64,000 nucleotides of DNA from positions 41-64,040 of the forward strand of contig JARGOG010000024.1 in NCBI GenBank assembly GCA_029212785.1, in the 5' to 3' direction. Positions 44,631 through 53,220 of this stretch are shown in pieces. The position numbers and the translations under genes are program-made. Position 1 is the first letter of the stretch. Each line of letters opens with the position of its first letter. The notes below the pieces were generated by a model. That model did not search any database and was not told the origin of the DNA. It was given only the letters and a program-made list of their open reading frames with translations. This stretch comes from Thalassobaculaceae bacterium. GTDB taxonomy: Bacteria; Pseudomonadota; Alphaproteobacteria; Thalassobaculales; Thalassobaculaceae.

Positions 44631-46172
44631 TCAGTCCTGGAACCGGGCGCGCCGCTCGTAGGTCTCGATCTTCTTCAGCACCATCGCCGGCTCGACCGGG
44701 ATATTGCCGTCCATCTCGCACTCCGCCGCCGCCGCCATGGCGCCCAGGATCGAGGCGACCACTTCATCGCCGGTCGCCTTCAACACCAGGGTCGCATAGG
44801 ACAGCAACGCGTCGCCGGAGCCGACCGCGTCGATCACATGGTCGGCGAAGCTGTCGAGACCGAAGAAGGTGCGCAGCTCGCCGCCACCCTCTCGGAAGGT
44901 CATCGATCCGCGCGAACCGAGCTTGAGGATCAGCACCTTGCACTTCGCCTCCTCGAACAGGCGGGTGCCCAAAGGCCGGATCACCGTGTCCTGATCGCCC
45001 AGCGAGAACCGGGCTTCCTTCTCGTTCGGCGTGATCAGGTCGAAGCCGCCGAAATCGAGGATGTTGCCCCAGCGGCTGGCGACCTGACTGTCCGCCACCT
45101 TGAAGGTGTCTTCCGGGATCGCGTTGGTCAGAATCGGAATGCTCTCGCCACTGAATATGCCGTGGCGGAAATCGCTGAACACCACCGCGTCGGACGGCGT
45201 CTCCTTGATCGCGCGAACGATGCGCTTGGTGATCTGCTCGGAGATGCCGCGGTTATCGAGCGTATCGATCTTCAGCATCCGATAGCCGCCGGCGACGATC
45301 GCGTTCTTGTTGATGGTCGGGCGGGTGTCGTCGACGATGTCGTTCAGGTGGATGCCGGACTTGGCGATGTCGTCGCGCACGAATTTCGCCAGCGCATCCT
45401 TGCCCAGAACGGTGGTGAAGGTGACATCCGCCCCCGCCGCTTCCAGGTGCTTGGCGACGATGCCGGCGCCGCCGACATAGTCCCGCTTGCCTTCGTAGCG
45501 CACGCTCAAAGTCGGGGTCTTGCCGCTGGCGCCGATCATCGAGGTGATGGTGAGCGAGTCGACGATGGTGTCGCCGATCACGTGAACCTTCATCCCCTTC
45601 ACGGCCTTCAGCGCGTTCTTCAGATCGTCGAAGGTCCGCTTCTCCCCCTCAAGCAGGTTCATCAGCTTCTCGACGGCGATGTCCGGCGGTCCGGACTCGA
45701 TGATCGCCGAGGACGAGTAGACGATGTCGCCGGGAGTGAAGATCACCTCGCCGCCATAGCTCTCGACAGCGGCCTTTTCCTCGGCCGTACGCGGGTGCAG
45801 CCCGCCACGCTGGTACTCGTAGCCCTTCACGAAATAGTCGGGCTTGATCGTCAGGATGTTCTCGATCGGCGTCGGGTTCGGATCGATGGTGACGTAGTCG
45901 ACCGTCTCCAGGGCGGCCAGATTCAGCGCCCGCAGGTTCTCCGGCACGAAGGGCCGATGGTCGGCCTTCTTCACATGGGTGTCCGCGGTCACACCGACGA
46001 CCAGCTTCGCCCCTTTGGAACGGGCATAGACCAGGTGGCGGATATGTCCCGGATGCACCAGATCGAAGGTGCCGTGGCACATCACGATCTTCTCGTCGCG
46101 CGGCGGATCGCCGAGCAACTCCGCCAATTCGGCCGCGGTCTTGATTTTATGCTTATAGGCGTCGTCGATCAC
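44631..46172 (-). CDS. Bifunctional sugar-1-phosphate nucleotidyltransferase (cytidylyltransferase fold) / PfkB-family sugar kinase; HldE-like with inverted domain order
   Basis: N-terminal HIGH-type motif VMCHGTFDLVHPGHIRHL (RfaE domain II-like). C-terminal ribokinase-like domain with VHVIGDTIVD and DAVGSGDA (RfaE domain I-like). Confidence 0.85.
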   Translation of the reverse strand: MIDDAYKHKIKTAAELAELLGDPPRDEKIVMCHGTFDLVHPGHIRHLVYARSKGAKLVVGVTADTHVKKADHRPFVPENLRALNLAALETVDYVTIDPNPTPIENILTIKPDYFVKGYEYQRGGLHPRTAEEKAAVESYGGEVIFTPGDIVYSSSAIIESGPPDIAVEKLMNLLEGEKRTFDDLKNALKAVKGMKVHVIGDTIVDSLTITSMIGASGKTPTLSVRYEGKRDYVGGAGIVAKHLEAAGADVTFTTVLGKDALAKFVRDDIAKSGIHLNDIVDDTRPTINKNAIVAGGYRMLKIDTLDNRGISEQITKRIVRAIKETPSDAVVFSDFRHGIFSGESIPILTNAIPEDTFKVADSQVASRWGNILDFGGFDLITPNEKEARFSLGDQDTVIRPLGTRLFEEAKCKVLILKLGSRGSMTFREGGGELRTFFGLDSFADHVIDAVGSGDALLSYATLVLKATGDEVVASILGAMAAAAECEMDGNIPVEPAMVLKKIETYERRARFQD

Positions 46173-46183
46173 CGCGCCGCTCC

Positions 46184-47200
46184 TTATGCCGTCGCGTTCT
46201 TCTTATCGTCACCCAGATAGTCGAACCACGTCTTGGTCGCCTGGGCGATGCTATCGGGTGTCCAAAGCGGCGCCTCGCGCCAATAGTCGAGCTGCGCCAG
46301 CATACGGCCCACCCCTTCCTCGAAAGAGACTTCCTGCTTCCATCCCAGATCGCGGGTGATCTTGGAGATGTCGGCGAAGGTGCAGTCCGGCTCGCCCGGC
46401 CGCTTGGGGATGTTGACGTACTCGCTCTCGAGCAGGCCGACCAGCTTGTTGACCGACTGCGGATCCCCCGCACCCAGGTTCCAGATCTCGCCCACCTTGT
46501 CGGTCTCCGCCGCCGCCAGAAAGGCGCGGGCGACGTCGGTGACGAACAGGAAGTCGCGACTCTGGGTGCCGTCGCCGACCACGGTGAGCGGCTGGCCGGC
46601 GATCTTTTGGCGCAGGAAAACGCCGAATACCGCCCCGTAGGCGCCCGAGGTGCGTGAACGGGTGCCATAGGCATTGAAGATGCGCACCGAGTTGACCGGC
46701 AGGCCGTAGACCTTGTGCCAATGGAAGGCCGCCTGCTCGCCCTGATATTTCGAGAGCGCGTAAGGATGCTCCGGCATGATCGGGTGGTCTTCGCGGGTCG
46801 GCACGTCGGCGAGGCCGTAGCAGGACGACGAGGCGGCGTAGACGAATCTCTTCACTCCCGCCGTCCGCGCCGCGTCCAGCACGCAGGCGGTGCCCTGCGC
46901 ATTGACCGACATGTACTCCAGCGGCCGTTCGATCGACGGCACGATGTCGCCGATACCGGCGAAGTGGACCACCGTCTTGGCGCCGACAAAGGCCGCGTCG
47001 TCGGGCTTGATGTCGCGAATGTCGCGGAAGTCGCGGATCAGGTCCTGGTTCTCGCCGTGATGGGCAAGGTTGAGCTCGCGCCCACCGGTCAGGTTGTCGA
47101 TCGCCCGCACCCGGTAGCCCCGCTCCAGCATGAGATCGACCATGTGGGAGCCGATGAAACCGGCGCCGCCGGTGACGATGGCATAGGGCTTGTCGGTCAT
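46184..47200 (-). CDS. NAD-dependent epimerase/dehydratase (extended SDR)
   Basis: Trimmed to ATG 47198-47200 (MTDKPYAIVTGGAGFIGSH). Catalytic YALSK. The listed longer ORF overlaps the transaldolase gene. Confidence 0.9.
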   Translation of the reverse strand: MTDKPYAIVTGGAGFIGSHMVDLMLERGYRVRAIDNLTGGRELNLAHHGENQDLIRDFRDIRDIKPDDAAFVGAKTVVHFAGIGDIVPSIERPLEYMSVNAQGTACVLDAARTAGVKRFVYAASSSCYGLADVPTREDHPIMPEHPYALSKYQGEQAAFHWHKVYGLPVNSVRIFNAYGTRSRTSGAYGAVFGVFLRQKIAGQPLTVVGDGTQSRDFLFVTDVARAFLAAAETDKVGEIWNLGAGDPQSVNKLVGLLESEYVNIPKRPGEPDCTFADISKITRDLGWKQEVSFEEGVGRMLAQLDYWREAPLWTPDSIAQATKTWFDYLGDDKKNATA

Positions 47201-47217
47201 GGCGCGCGTCCGTGCGG

Positions 47218-47946
47218 TCAGGTGGCGATGGTGAAGCCGGCGGCCGAGGCATCGCCTTCGAACATCTTCACCGTCTCCAGACTGAACTGGTCGAGATCCT
47301 TGCCGAGGCCGCCAAGCTTGCCCAGCAGGTCGTTGGTCACGGTGATGATGTGACAGCCCATCTCGTCGGCCTGCACGATGTTCAGCAGCTCGCGCGGGCT
47401 GGCCCAGAGCAGTTCCGCCTTCGGATGGTCCTTGAGGATCGCCAGGCATTCCTTCATGAGCGGGATCGGGTCGCGGCCGGTATCGGCGATGCGGCCGGCG
47501 AAGACCGAGATGATCGCCGGGGTCGCCGGGTCGAGCGCATCGGCGATCGCTTTCACCTGGCCCGGGGTCATGATCGCGGTGATGTTCAGCACCACGCCGT
47601 CCTTGGACAGGGTCGAGATCGGCTCGCCCATGAAGGTGCCCTTGGTGTTGGTCACCGGAATCTTCACATTGACGTTCGGACCCCAGCTGCCGATCACCCT
47701 GGCCTGGGCAATCATCGACGCCGCGTCATCGGCGAAGACCTCGAAGGAGACCGGCTTGTCGGTGATTGCCGAGAGCACCTGCTTGGCGAAAGCGGCATAG
47801 TCGGTCACGCCGGCCTTGCGCATGAGCGTCGGGTTGGTGGTCAGCCCCTGGATATAGGGCTTCGCCGCCATCGTTTTCATACCCTCGAGATCGGCGCCAT
47901 CGGCGAAGATCTTGATCTTGAGGTCGTCGACAGAACTCACGCTCAT
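47218..47946 (-). CDS. Transaldolase family protein (short TalC/FSA-like type)
   Basis: Trimmed to ATG 47944-47946 (MSVSSVDDLKIKIFADGAD). GLTTNPTLM and Schiff-base lysine context NVNVKIPVT. Confidence 0.85.
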   Translation of the reverse strand: MSVSSVDDLKIKIFADGADLEGMKTMAAKPYIQGLTTNPTLMRKAGVTDYAAFAKQVLSAITDKPVSFEVFADDAASMIAQARVIGSWGPNVNVKIPVTNTKGTFMGEPISTLSKDGVVLNITAIMTPGQVKAIADALDPATPAIISVFAGRIADTGRDPIPLMKECLAILKDHPKAELLWASPRELLNIVQADEMGCHIITVTNDLLGKLGGLGKDLDQFSLETVKMFEGDASAAGFTIAT

Positions 47947-48016
47947 GCTGTCCTCCAGCGGGTCCGGGCGTAGGCGACGCCCATCGAATTGTGACGCGCG
48001 ATCGCGCCGAGCCAAA

Positions 48017-48559
48017 TTATGCGCTCTCTCGCGCTACGATCAGACGGGCCGCCTCCGCGACGTCGGAGACCGTGAAATCGGGGACTTCACGTTCCGGTTC
48101 GGCGTAACCGCGTTCGATCAGAATCGTCGTGCAGCCCGCCGCCCGGCCGGCACCGATGTCGCGCCAGCGATCCCCGATCATGTAACTCGCCTGGAGGTCG
48201 AGGTCGAGGTCGCGCGCTGCGTCGAGCAGCATTCCGGGCGCCGGCTTGCGGCAACCGCAGCCTGCTCCCGAGTCGTGGGGACAGATCCGGATATCATCAA
48301 GGGGCATGTCGGCACCGAGCCTGGCGTGCATCGCCTCCATCGTGGCCGAATCGACGTTCCCGCGGGCCAGTTCCGGCTGGTTCGTCGTCAGGACGGTGAC
48401 GAACCCGGCGGCCTTCAGGGCCCGGACCGCGTCCGGCGCCTCTGCAAGGATCTCGAAATCGTCCAACTTGAGCGCCGCATAGGGTTTGCCGTCCCGGACA
48501 TCGGTGCGGACCAGGACGCCATCACGGTCGAGGAACACGGCCTTGCGCTTCGTCGTCAC
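48017..48559 (-). CDS. gmhB: D-glycero-D-manno-heptose 1,7-bisphosphate phosphatase-like HAD-IIIA phosphatase
   Basis: AVFLDRDGVL, TNQ, zinc-finger-like insert CPHDSGAGCGCRKPAPGML, and GDRWRD. Confidence 0.85.
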   Translation of the reverse strand: MTTKRKAVFLDRDGVLVRTDVRDGKPYAALKLDDFEILAEAPDAVRALKAAGFVTVLTTNQPELARGNVDSATMEAMHARLGADMPLDDIRICPHDSGAGCGCRKPAPGMLLDAARDLDLDLQASYMIGDRWRDIGAGRAAGCTTILIERGYAEPEREVPDFTVSDVAEAARLIVARESA

Positions 48560-48583
48560 GCCCTTTTCCTCGCACCCCTGCCC

Positions 48584-49186
48584 TCAAGCGCGGGCGAGGC
48601 CCTCCCATTTGTTGGCCTTGGCCATCAGGTTCGGATGACAGACCAGGCCGTGCCAGATCACCGCCTGGAAAGCTTCGGAATGCGGCGTGATGTGGTTGGC
48701 ATCCACCACCGGCACGACCATCACATGATCGCCGACCTGCTTGGTATAGCCGCCGTCGCGGCCGACGACGCCGAGGATCTTCAGGCCGTGCTGCTTGGCG
48801 TATTCCAGCGCCAGCACGAGATTGGGGCTGACATTGCGCTCGCGCGAGCCACCGCCGACGGAGAACACCAGAACCGCATCGTTGGCACCGGCTTTGGAAA
48901 CTTCGAGCCAGCCGGCGAACACGCTCTCCCAGCCCTCGTCGTTGGTCCGGGCGGTCAACTCGGCCACATTGTCGGTCGGCGCATAGGCCTCGATGGCGCA
49001 GAGTTTGCGGAAGTCGTTCACCGCGTGGCCGCAGTTCGCCGCCGAGCCGCCGACGCCGAGAATGAACAGCCGCCCGCCCCGTGCCCGCAGATCGACGAGG
49101 GCCGCGACCATCGCCTCCATTTCGGCAGGGTCGAGGCTGCGGCAGATCTCCGCCGCCTGGGCGAGATAGGTCTCGGCGTGGGACAT
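48584..49186 (-). CDS. gmhA: SIS-domain phosphoheptose isomerase-like protein
   Basis: RLFILGVGGSAANCGHAVNDF and VFSVGGGS SIS motifs. 200 aa. Adjacent to gmhB. Confidence 0.8.
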   Translation of the reverse strand: MSHAETYLAQAAEICRSLDPAEMEAMVAALVDLRARGGRLFILGVGGSAANCGHAVNDFRKLCAIEAYAPTDNVAELTARTNDEGWESVFAGWLEVSKAGANDAVLVFSVGGGSRERNVSPNLVLALEYAKQHGLKILGVVGRDGGYTKQVGDHVMVVPVVDANHITPHSEAFQAVIWHGLVCHPNLMAKANKWEGLARA

Positions 49187-49226
49187 TGCGCGGGTCTCCT
49201 GGAGGCGGAACGCGGCGGCCTGCCGA

Positions 49227-50243
49227 TCAGGCGGCAGTCAGCTTCTGCATGGTCTTGACGTTGAAATAGCGATCGTCCGACATCGAGTTCGGCAGCTTGC
49301 CATCGCGGAACGCCGTGACCAGGCCGCGCACCGCGTCCTCGACCGTCAGCTGCGGCGCGAAGCCGACCGTGTTGCGGATCTTGTCCGAGTTGACGTGGTA
49401 GGAGCGGATATCGTCGGTCGGCGTGGTGACGATGTCGATCGGCGCCTTCTCCGGCATTTCCTCCTCGACGACCTTCTTTACGACATTGGCGATCTCGGAG
49501 ATCGCCATATTCTGGTAGCCGGCGTTGAAGGTCTGGCCATTGATCTTGTCGGCATCGTAGCCCAGCAGTTCGACATAGAGCCGGCAGACGTCTTCGACAT
49601 GGATGTTCGGGCGCAGCTGGCTACCGCCGAACACGGTGATCTTGCCATTGTTGACCGCGTGGTTGGTCAGGATGTTGACCGACAGGTCGAGACGCATGCG
49701 GGGCGCATAGCCGCAGACCGTCGCCGGGCGGATGGTCACCGCGACGAAATCGTCGTCATTGTGCTTCCACAGCAGCGGCTCGCACATGCCCTTGAACTTA
49801 TTGTAGTCGGTCAGCGGGACCAGCGGATGGTCCTCGGTGACGTCGGGGGCATCGGACACGCCGTAGACCGAGCTGGTCGACGCGTAGACGAAGCGCTTCA
49901 CGCCGGCCTTCTTGGCGGCGACGACCATCGGTTCGAAACAGTCGTAGTTGATCGACTTCGACAGGTTCGGATCGAGCACGAAGGACGGGTCGTTGGAAAT
50001 GCAGGCGAGGTGGATCACCGCATCGCAGCCGGCCACCGCCCGCGCGAAGGACTCGGTATCGCGCAGGTCGCCCTTGACCGAATGCAGCTTCGGATTAGCC
50101 AGCGGCAGGTTGTCGTCGCCGAAATACTGGATGTCGAAGACAACGACCTCGTAGCCCGCATCGAGGAGCTTCGGTGTCAGCATGGAGCCGACATAGCCGG
50201 CGCCGCCGGTCACGAGAACGCGCTTGATGGTCTTTTCGGTCAT
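49227..50243 (-). CDS. NAD-dependent epimerase/dehydratase (extended SDR)
   Basis: Trimmed to ATG 50241-50243 (MTEKTIKRVLVTGGAGYVGS). Catalytic YNKFK. Confidence 0.9.
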   Translation of the reverse strand: MTEKTIKRVLVTGGAGYVGSMLTPKLLDAGYEVVVFDIQYFGDDNLPLANPKLHSVKGDLRDTESFARAVAGCDAVIHLACISNDPSFVLDPNLSKSINYDCFEPMVVAAKKAGVKRFVYASTSSVYGVSDAPDVTEDHPLVPLTDYNKFKGMCEPLLWKHNDDDFVAVTIRPATVCGYAPRMRLDLSVNILTNHAVNNGKITVFGGSQLRPNIHVEDVCRLYVELLGYDADKINGQTFNAGYQNMAISEIANVVKKVVEEEMPEKAPIDIVTTPTDDIRSYHVNSDKIRNTVGFAPQLTVEDAVRGLVTAFRDGKLPNSMSDDRYFNVKTMQKLTAA

Positions 50244-50397
50244 GGATCGATCCTGCCCAACCTTGGCTGAAAGTGTCTCGTCATAGGCGCCCCGCCGCCG
50301 ACGGTGCACATGCCGCGCGGCGGCTGCGCGCGGTATAGCCGATGAGGCGCAGTGCGGCAAGGATCGGCCGACACATCCGCCGCAGGCCGGAAAGCGC

Positions 50398-50862
50398 TCA
50401 GGTGAAGCTGTCCACGCCCTCTATCGGCGGCAGCAGAGCCCGGTCGATCACGCGCGGCGCCTTCTCCAGGGCGTCGTTCATCAGCAGCAGATCCTCGGCC
50501 GACTGCACGCCGGCCTCGTCCTCGACCACCAGGGTCTCGTAGATGAAGTGCATGGCGCCGCCGGCGGCCAGCAACTGGTCGAAGATCTCGCGACGCTTCT
50601 GCGCACTGTCCGGCAGCATGAACAGACTACACATGACGATGCCCTCGATCTGATCGAGATCCCGCAGCATGGCGTAGAGCTGCACGAAACAGCCGTCGAA
50701 GAAATACTCGCCGCGCGACAGCCGGAACACCTTGCCCTTGCCGCGGACATAGTCGCGCATGATCAGGTTCTGCGACGTCGCCGGGATGCGCAGGCCCTTG
50801 AACGCCTGGTGGGTGACGTAACCCTGCAGGCCTTCCCGGTTGGTGGCGGTGCGATCAGCCAT
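50398..50862 (-). CDS. Hypothetical protein of carbohydrate clusters; resembles what NCBI names a sporadic carbohydrate cluster protein, LIC12192 family (recollection, unverified)
   Basis: 154-aa soluble product with coding-like codon bias. 8-nt overlap with the upstream oxygenase-like gene. Confidence 0.6.
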   Translation of the reverse strand: MADRTATNREGLQGYVTHQAFKGLRIPATSQNLIMRDYVRGKGKVFRLSRGEYFFDGCFVQLYAMLRDLDQIEGIVMCSLFMLPDSAQKRREIFDQLLAAGGAMHFIYETLVVEDEAGVQSAEDLLLMNDALEKAPRVIDRALLPPIEGVDSFT

Positions 50863-51679
50863 CGAAGCCCTCCGGCTCCTTGTAGTTCATGCCGACCCGG
50901 CTCAGCACCTTCGGCGTGATCGGTGTGTAGAACCGGCCGAGGCACTTCTCTTCGCTGGTATAGGGCGTGAACAGGCCGGTCAGGCGGCAGTTGAAGGACC
51001 AGCGCGTCTCCGGCGTCACATTCATGATGTTGCCGTGCAGGAGCAACGGCGAGAACACCAGGACCTTCCCGTAGGGCACCGCGATCCAGCGGAAGTCGTC
51101 CTTGAACTCCTCGAACAGGTCGAAATCTCGGCCGCCGTTCGGCAGGTTGCTCATCTTACCGCGCACGGTGCGGTTCGCCTCCGGCGGCAGGATGAACATC
51201 GCCTTGGTGTCGTAGACATCGACGATGGGCATCCACTGCACGACCTCGAACGGGGTCTCCGCCGACCAGGGGTCGGCATGCACCGGCAGCACCGAGGTCG
51301 GGTCGTTCGGCATCTGGATCGACAGGTTGACCTTGTTCTGCATCGCCAGCTCGTTGCCAACGACGGCGTCAACCGCCGACCGGGCGAGCGAGAGGAAGGT
51401 CGGTCGCGCCCAGGCGTTGTTGTTGAGCTGCTGGAAGACATGCAGGCGGAGCGCGTTGACGTCCTCGACCGCCACCTTCTCGTGGATCGCGTTCAGGAAA
51501 ACGCCGTCATCCTCCGGCGGGCCGCAGCCGATATGCGCGCAGGCGATCTTTACGATCTCGCGGCGGAAGGCGTCGAGCCGGGCTTTGTCATCGACGTCGA
51601 CGACCACATAGCCCTGGTCCAGGAACTCGCGGGAGAGCTGAGTCTCACGCTCGTCGGTGAAGCTCTCGATCAGGGCCAT
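50855..51679 (-). CDS. Putative Fe(II)/2-oxoglutarate-dependent oxygenase (PhyH-like)
   Basis: Candidate facial triad: HxD in LPVHADPW, distal His in LLLHGN, and a basic residue in TRWSFNCR. 274 aa. Confidence 0.6.
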   Translation of the reverse strand: MALIESFTDERETQLSREFLDQGYVVVDVDDKARLDAFRREIVKIACAHIGCGPPEDDGVFLNAIHEKVAVEDVNALRLHVFQQLNNNAWARPTFLSLARSAVDAVVGNELAMQNKVNLSIQMPNDPTSVLPVHADPWSAETPFEVVQWMPIVDVYDTKAMFILPPEANRTVRGKMSNLPNGGRDFDLFEEFKDDFRWIAVPYGKVLVFSPLLLHGNIMNVTPETRWSFNCRLTGLFTPYTSEEKCLGRFYTPITPKVLSRVGMNYKEPEGFDG

Positions 51680-51756
51680 TGCCTGTCTCCATGACCATCA
51701 GCTGCGAACATCAACTGCCGCGGGGTCTAGCGCGTCCCGGACGCCCGGCCAAGGGC

Positions 51757-53220
51757 TCAGTTCGCGCGAAACCCGATTGCACGATCGGTCGCGTCAGCCA
51801 CCACGTTTGACCAATCGCCACCCTTCTGACGCAGCACTGTCAGCGACGGATACCACGGCACCGTCTCGCCCTCGGCGAACCAGAACCACAGCGGATCACG
51901 CTGCATCAACACCAGCCCGGGCACGCCGAGCGCCCCGGCCAGATGCGCTGCCACGCTCGATATAGTGACGATCCTGTCGAATGCAGCAATCTGCGCCGTC
52001 AAATCATCAAGCGCGTCGCGAATATCTTCGGCCGGGTTGTCGACCGGCACCGGAAGCCCGCGCGCCCGCAGCTCGGCGATCTCCTCCGGGTCCGGGTCAT
52101 ATTGCAGGCTGACGACAGTGCCACCCAGGGCGGACATCACCGGAGCCAACATCTCCAACGGGATCGACTTACGCCCGCCGGTGCGCCGGTTCCCGCTGCG
52201 CCAGCAGAGCCCGGTATAGGGTCCGGGTCCAAGAGCCGCCAGGCGCTCGCGCCAGGACGTCACACGCTCCGGGTCCGGTATCAGATAGGGTGCCGACGGC
52301 GCGTATCCGGGCCTGCCGGGGCCGAAGAGCACGGGCAGCCGCGGTAACGCGCTCTGCGCCGCCGCGCCCCTGACCAGAGCGGCGGCCGGAGGATCACTCC
52401 GCGCGACGACGGTGATATCCGGGAACGATCGCCCGAACAGCGGCACGAGCCGGGGATCAGCCTCCAGCATGACGGGGCCACCGGCCCGCAGCACCGCCGT
52501 CGAAACTAGACCCGCGAAAAGGATCTCGTCGCCGACCCCGAACTGAGCGGTCAATGCCAGATGGCCACCGGCGATCGGCTCCCCGTTCCACAACGGCGCG
52601 TCGATCAGATGTGCCCGGGCGTCCGGATCGGGATCGCGCCAGCGCGCGTCGTAATCGTCGTAGCCGGACCAGTTCCGTCGGGCGAGCCGCATCCAGCCCC
52701 GGGCGTAGCGGGCGCGGGTTTCGGTCGGATCGCGGGCAATCACATCGTCCAGCCGCGCTTCGGCGTCCTCCCGCCGACCGAGCTCGATTTCGCTCAGTGC
52801 CAGGTTCACCGAAGCGTCGACATCGCTCGGGTCGGCCGCTGCGGCCCGCGCGAACAACTCCCGCGCGACGGCGGCGCGGCCCTGTTTCTGCAGGCGCCCT
52901 CCCATCATCTTGGTGGGAAGCGCGCGACCGGGGTCCACACAGGCCAGCCACGACCAGCGCGGATCTTCCAGGACCGGTGACAGTCCAGCCGCGAGGTCCA
53001 GGACGGCCGCGGCCGCCGGTGCGATGGCCAGGGCCCGCCGCACGGCGATCAGGGCGTCGTGGCCGCCCTTGATCTGGGCCCGTGCAAGGTTCGCCCAAAC
53101 CCGCATGTCTTCGGGATGCAGGTCAGCGACCGACGCCAGTGCCTCCATCGCCGTCTTCCAGTCGCCGGCGGCAATGGCCGCCCGCGCCCGGGCTTCCAAC
53201 GTCGCCAGCGCGGTGCTCAT
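51757..53220 (-). CDS. TPR-repeat protein fused to a GT9-like (heptosyltransferase-fold) glycosyltransferase domain (copy 1)
   Basis: N-terminal ~200 aa of TPR-like helices. The C-terminal half carries GT9-like motifs (QFGVGDEILF; RIVTISSVAAHLAGALGVPGLVL). Confidence 0.8.
   Translation of the reverse strand: MSTALATLEARARAAIAAGDWKTAMEALASVADLHPEDMRVWANLARAQIKGGHDALIAVRRALAIAPAAAAVLDLAAGLSPVLEDPRWSWLACVDPGRALPTKMMGGRLQKQGRAAVARELFARAAAADPSDVDASVNLALSEIELGRREDAEARLDDVIARDPTETRARYARGWMRLARRNWSGYDDYDARWRDPDPDARAHLIDAPLWNGEPIAGGHLALTAQFGVGDEILFAGLVSTAVLRAGGPVMLEADPRLVPLFGRSFPDITVVARSDPPAAALVRGAAAQSALPRLPVLFGPGRPGYAPSAPYLIPDPERVTSWRERLAALGPGPYTGLCWRSGNRRTGGRKSIPLEMLAPVMSALGGTVVSLQYDPDPEEIAELRARGLPVPVDNPAEDIRDALDDLTAQIAAFDRIVTISSVAAHLAGALGVPGLVLMQRDPLWFWFAEGETVPWYPSLTVLRQKGGDWSNVVADATDRAIGFRAN

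Noticed and set aside
44838-49258. Plus-strand ORFs 44838..46220 (460 aa) and 47912..49258 (448 aa).
   Set aside because: They are antisense to the nucleotidyltransferase-kinase, gmhB and gmhA genes. No domains, and Arg/Asp/Gly/His-rich.
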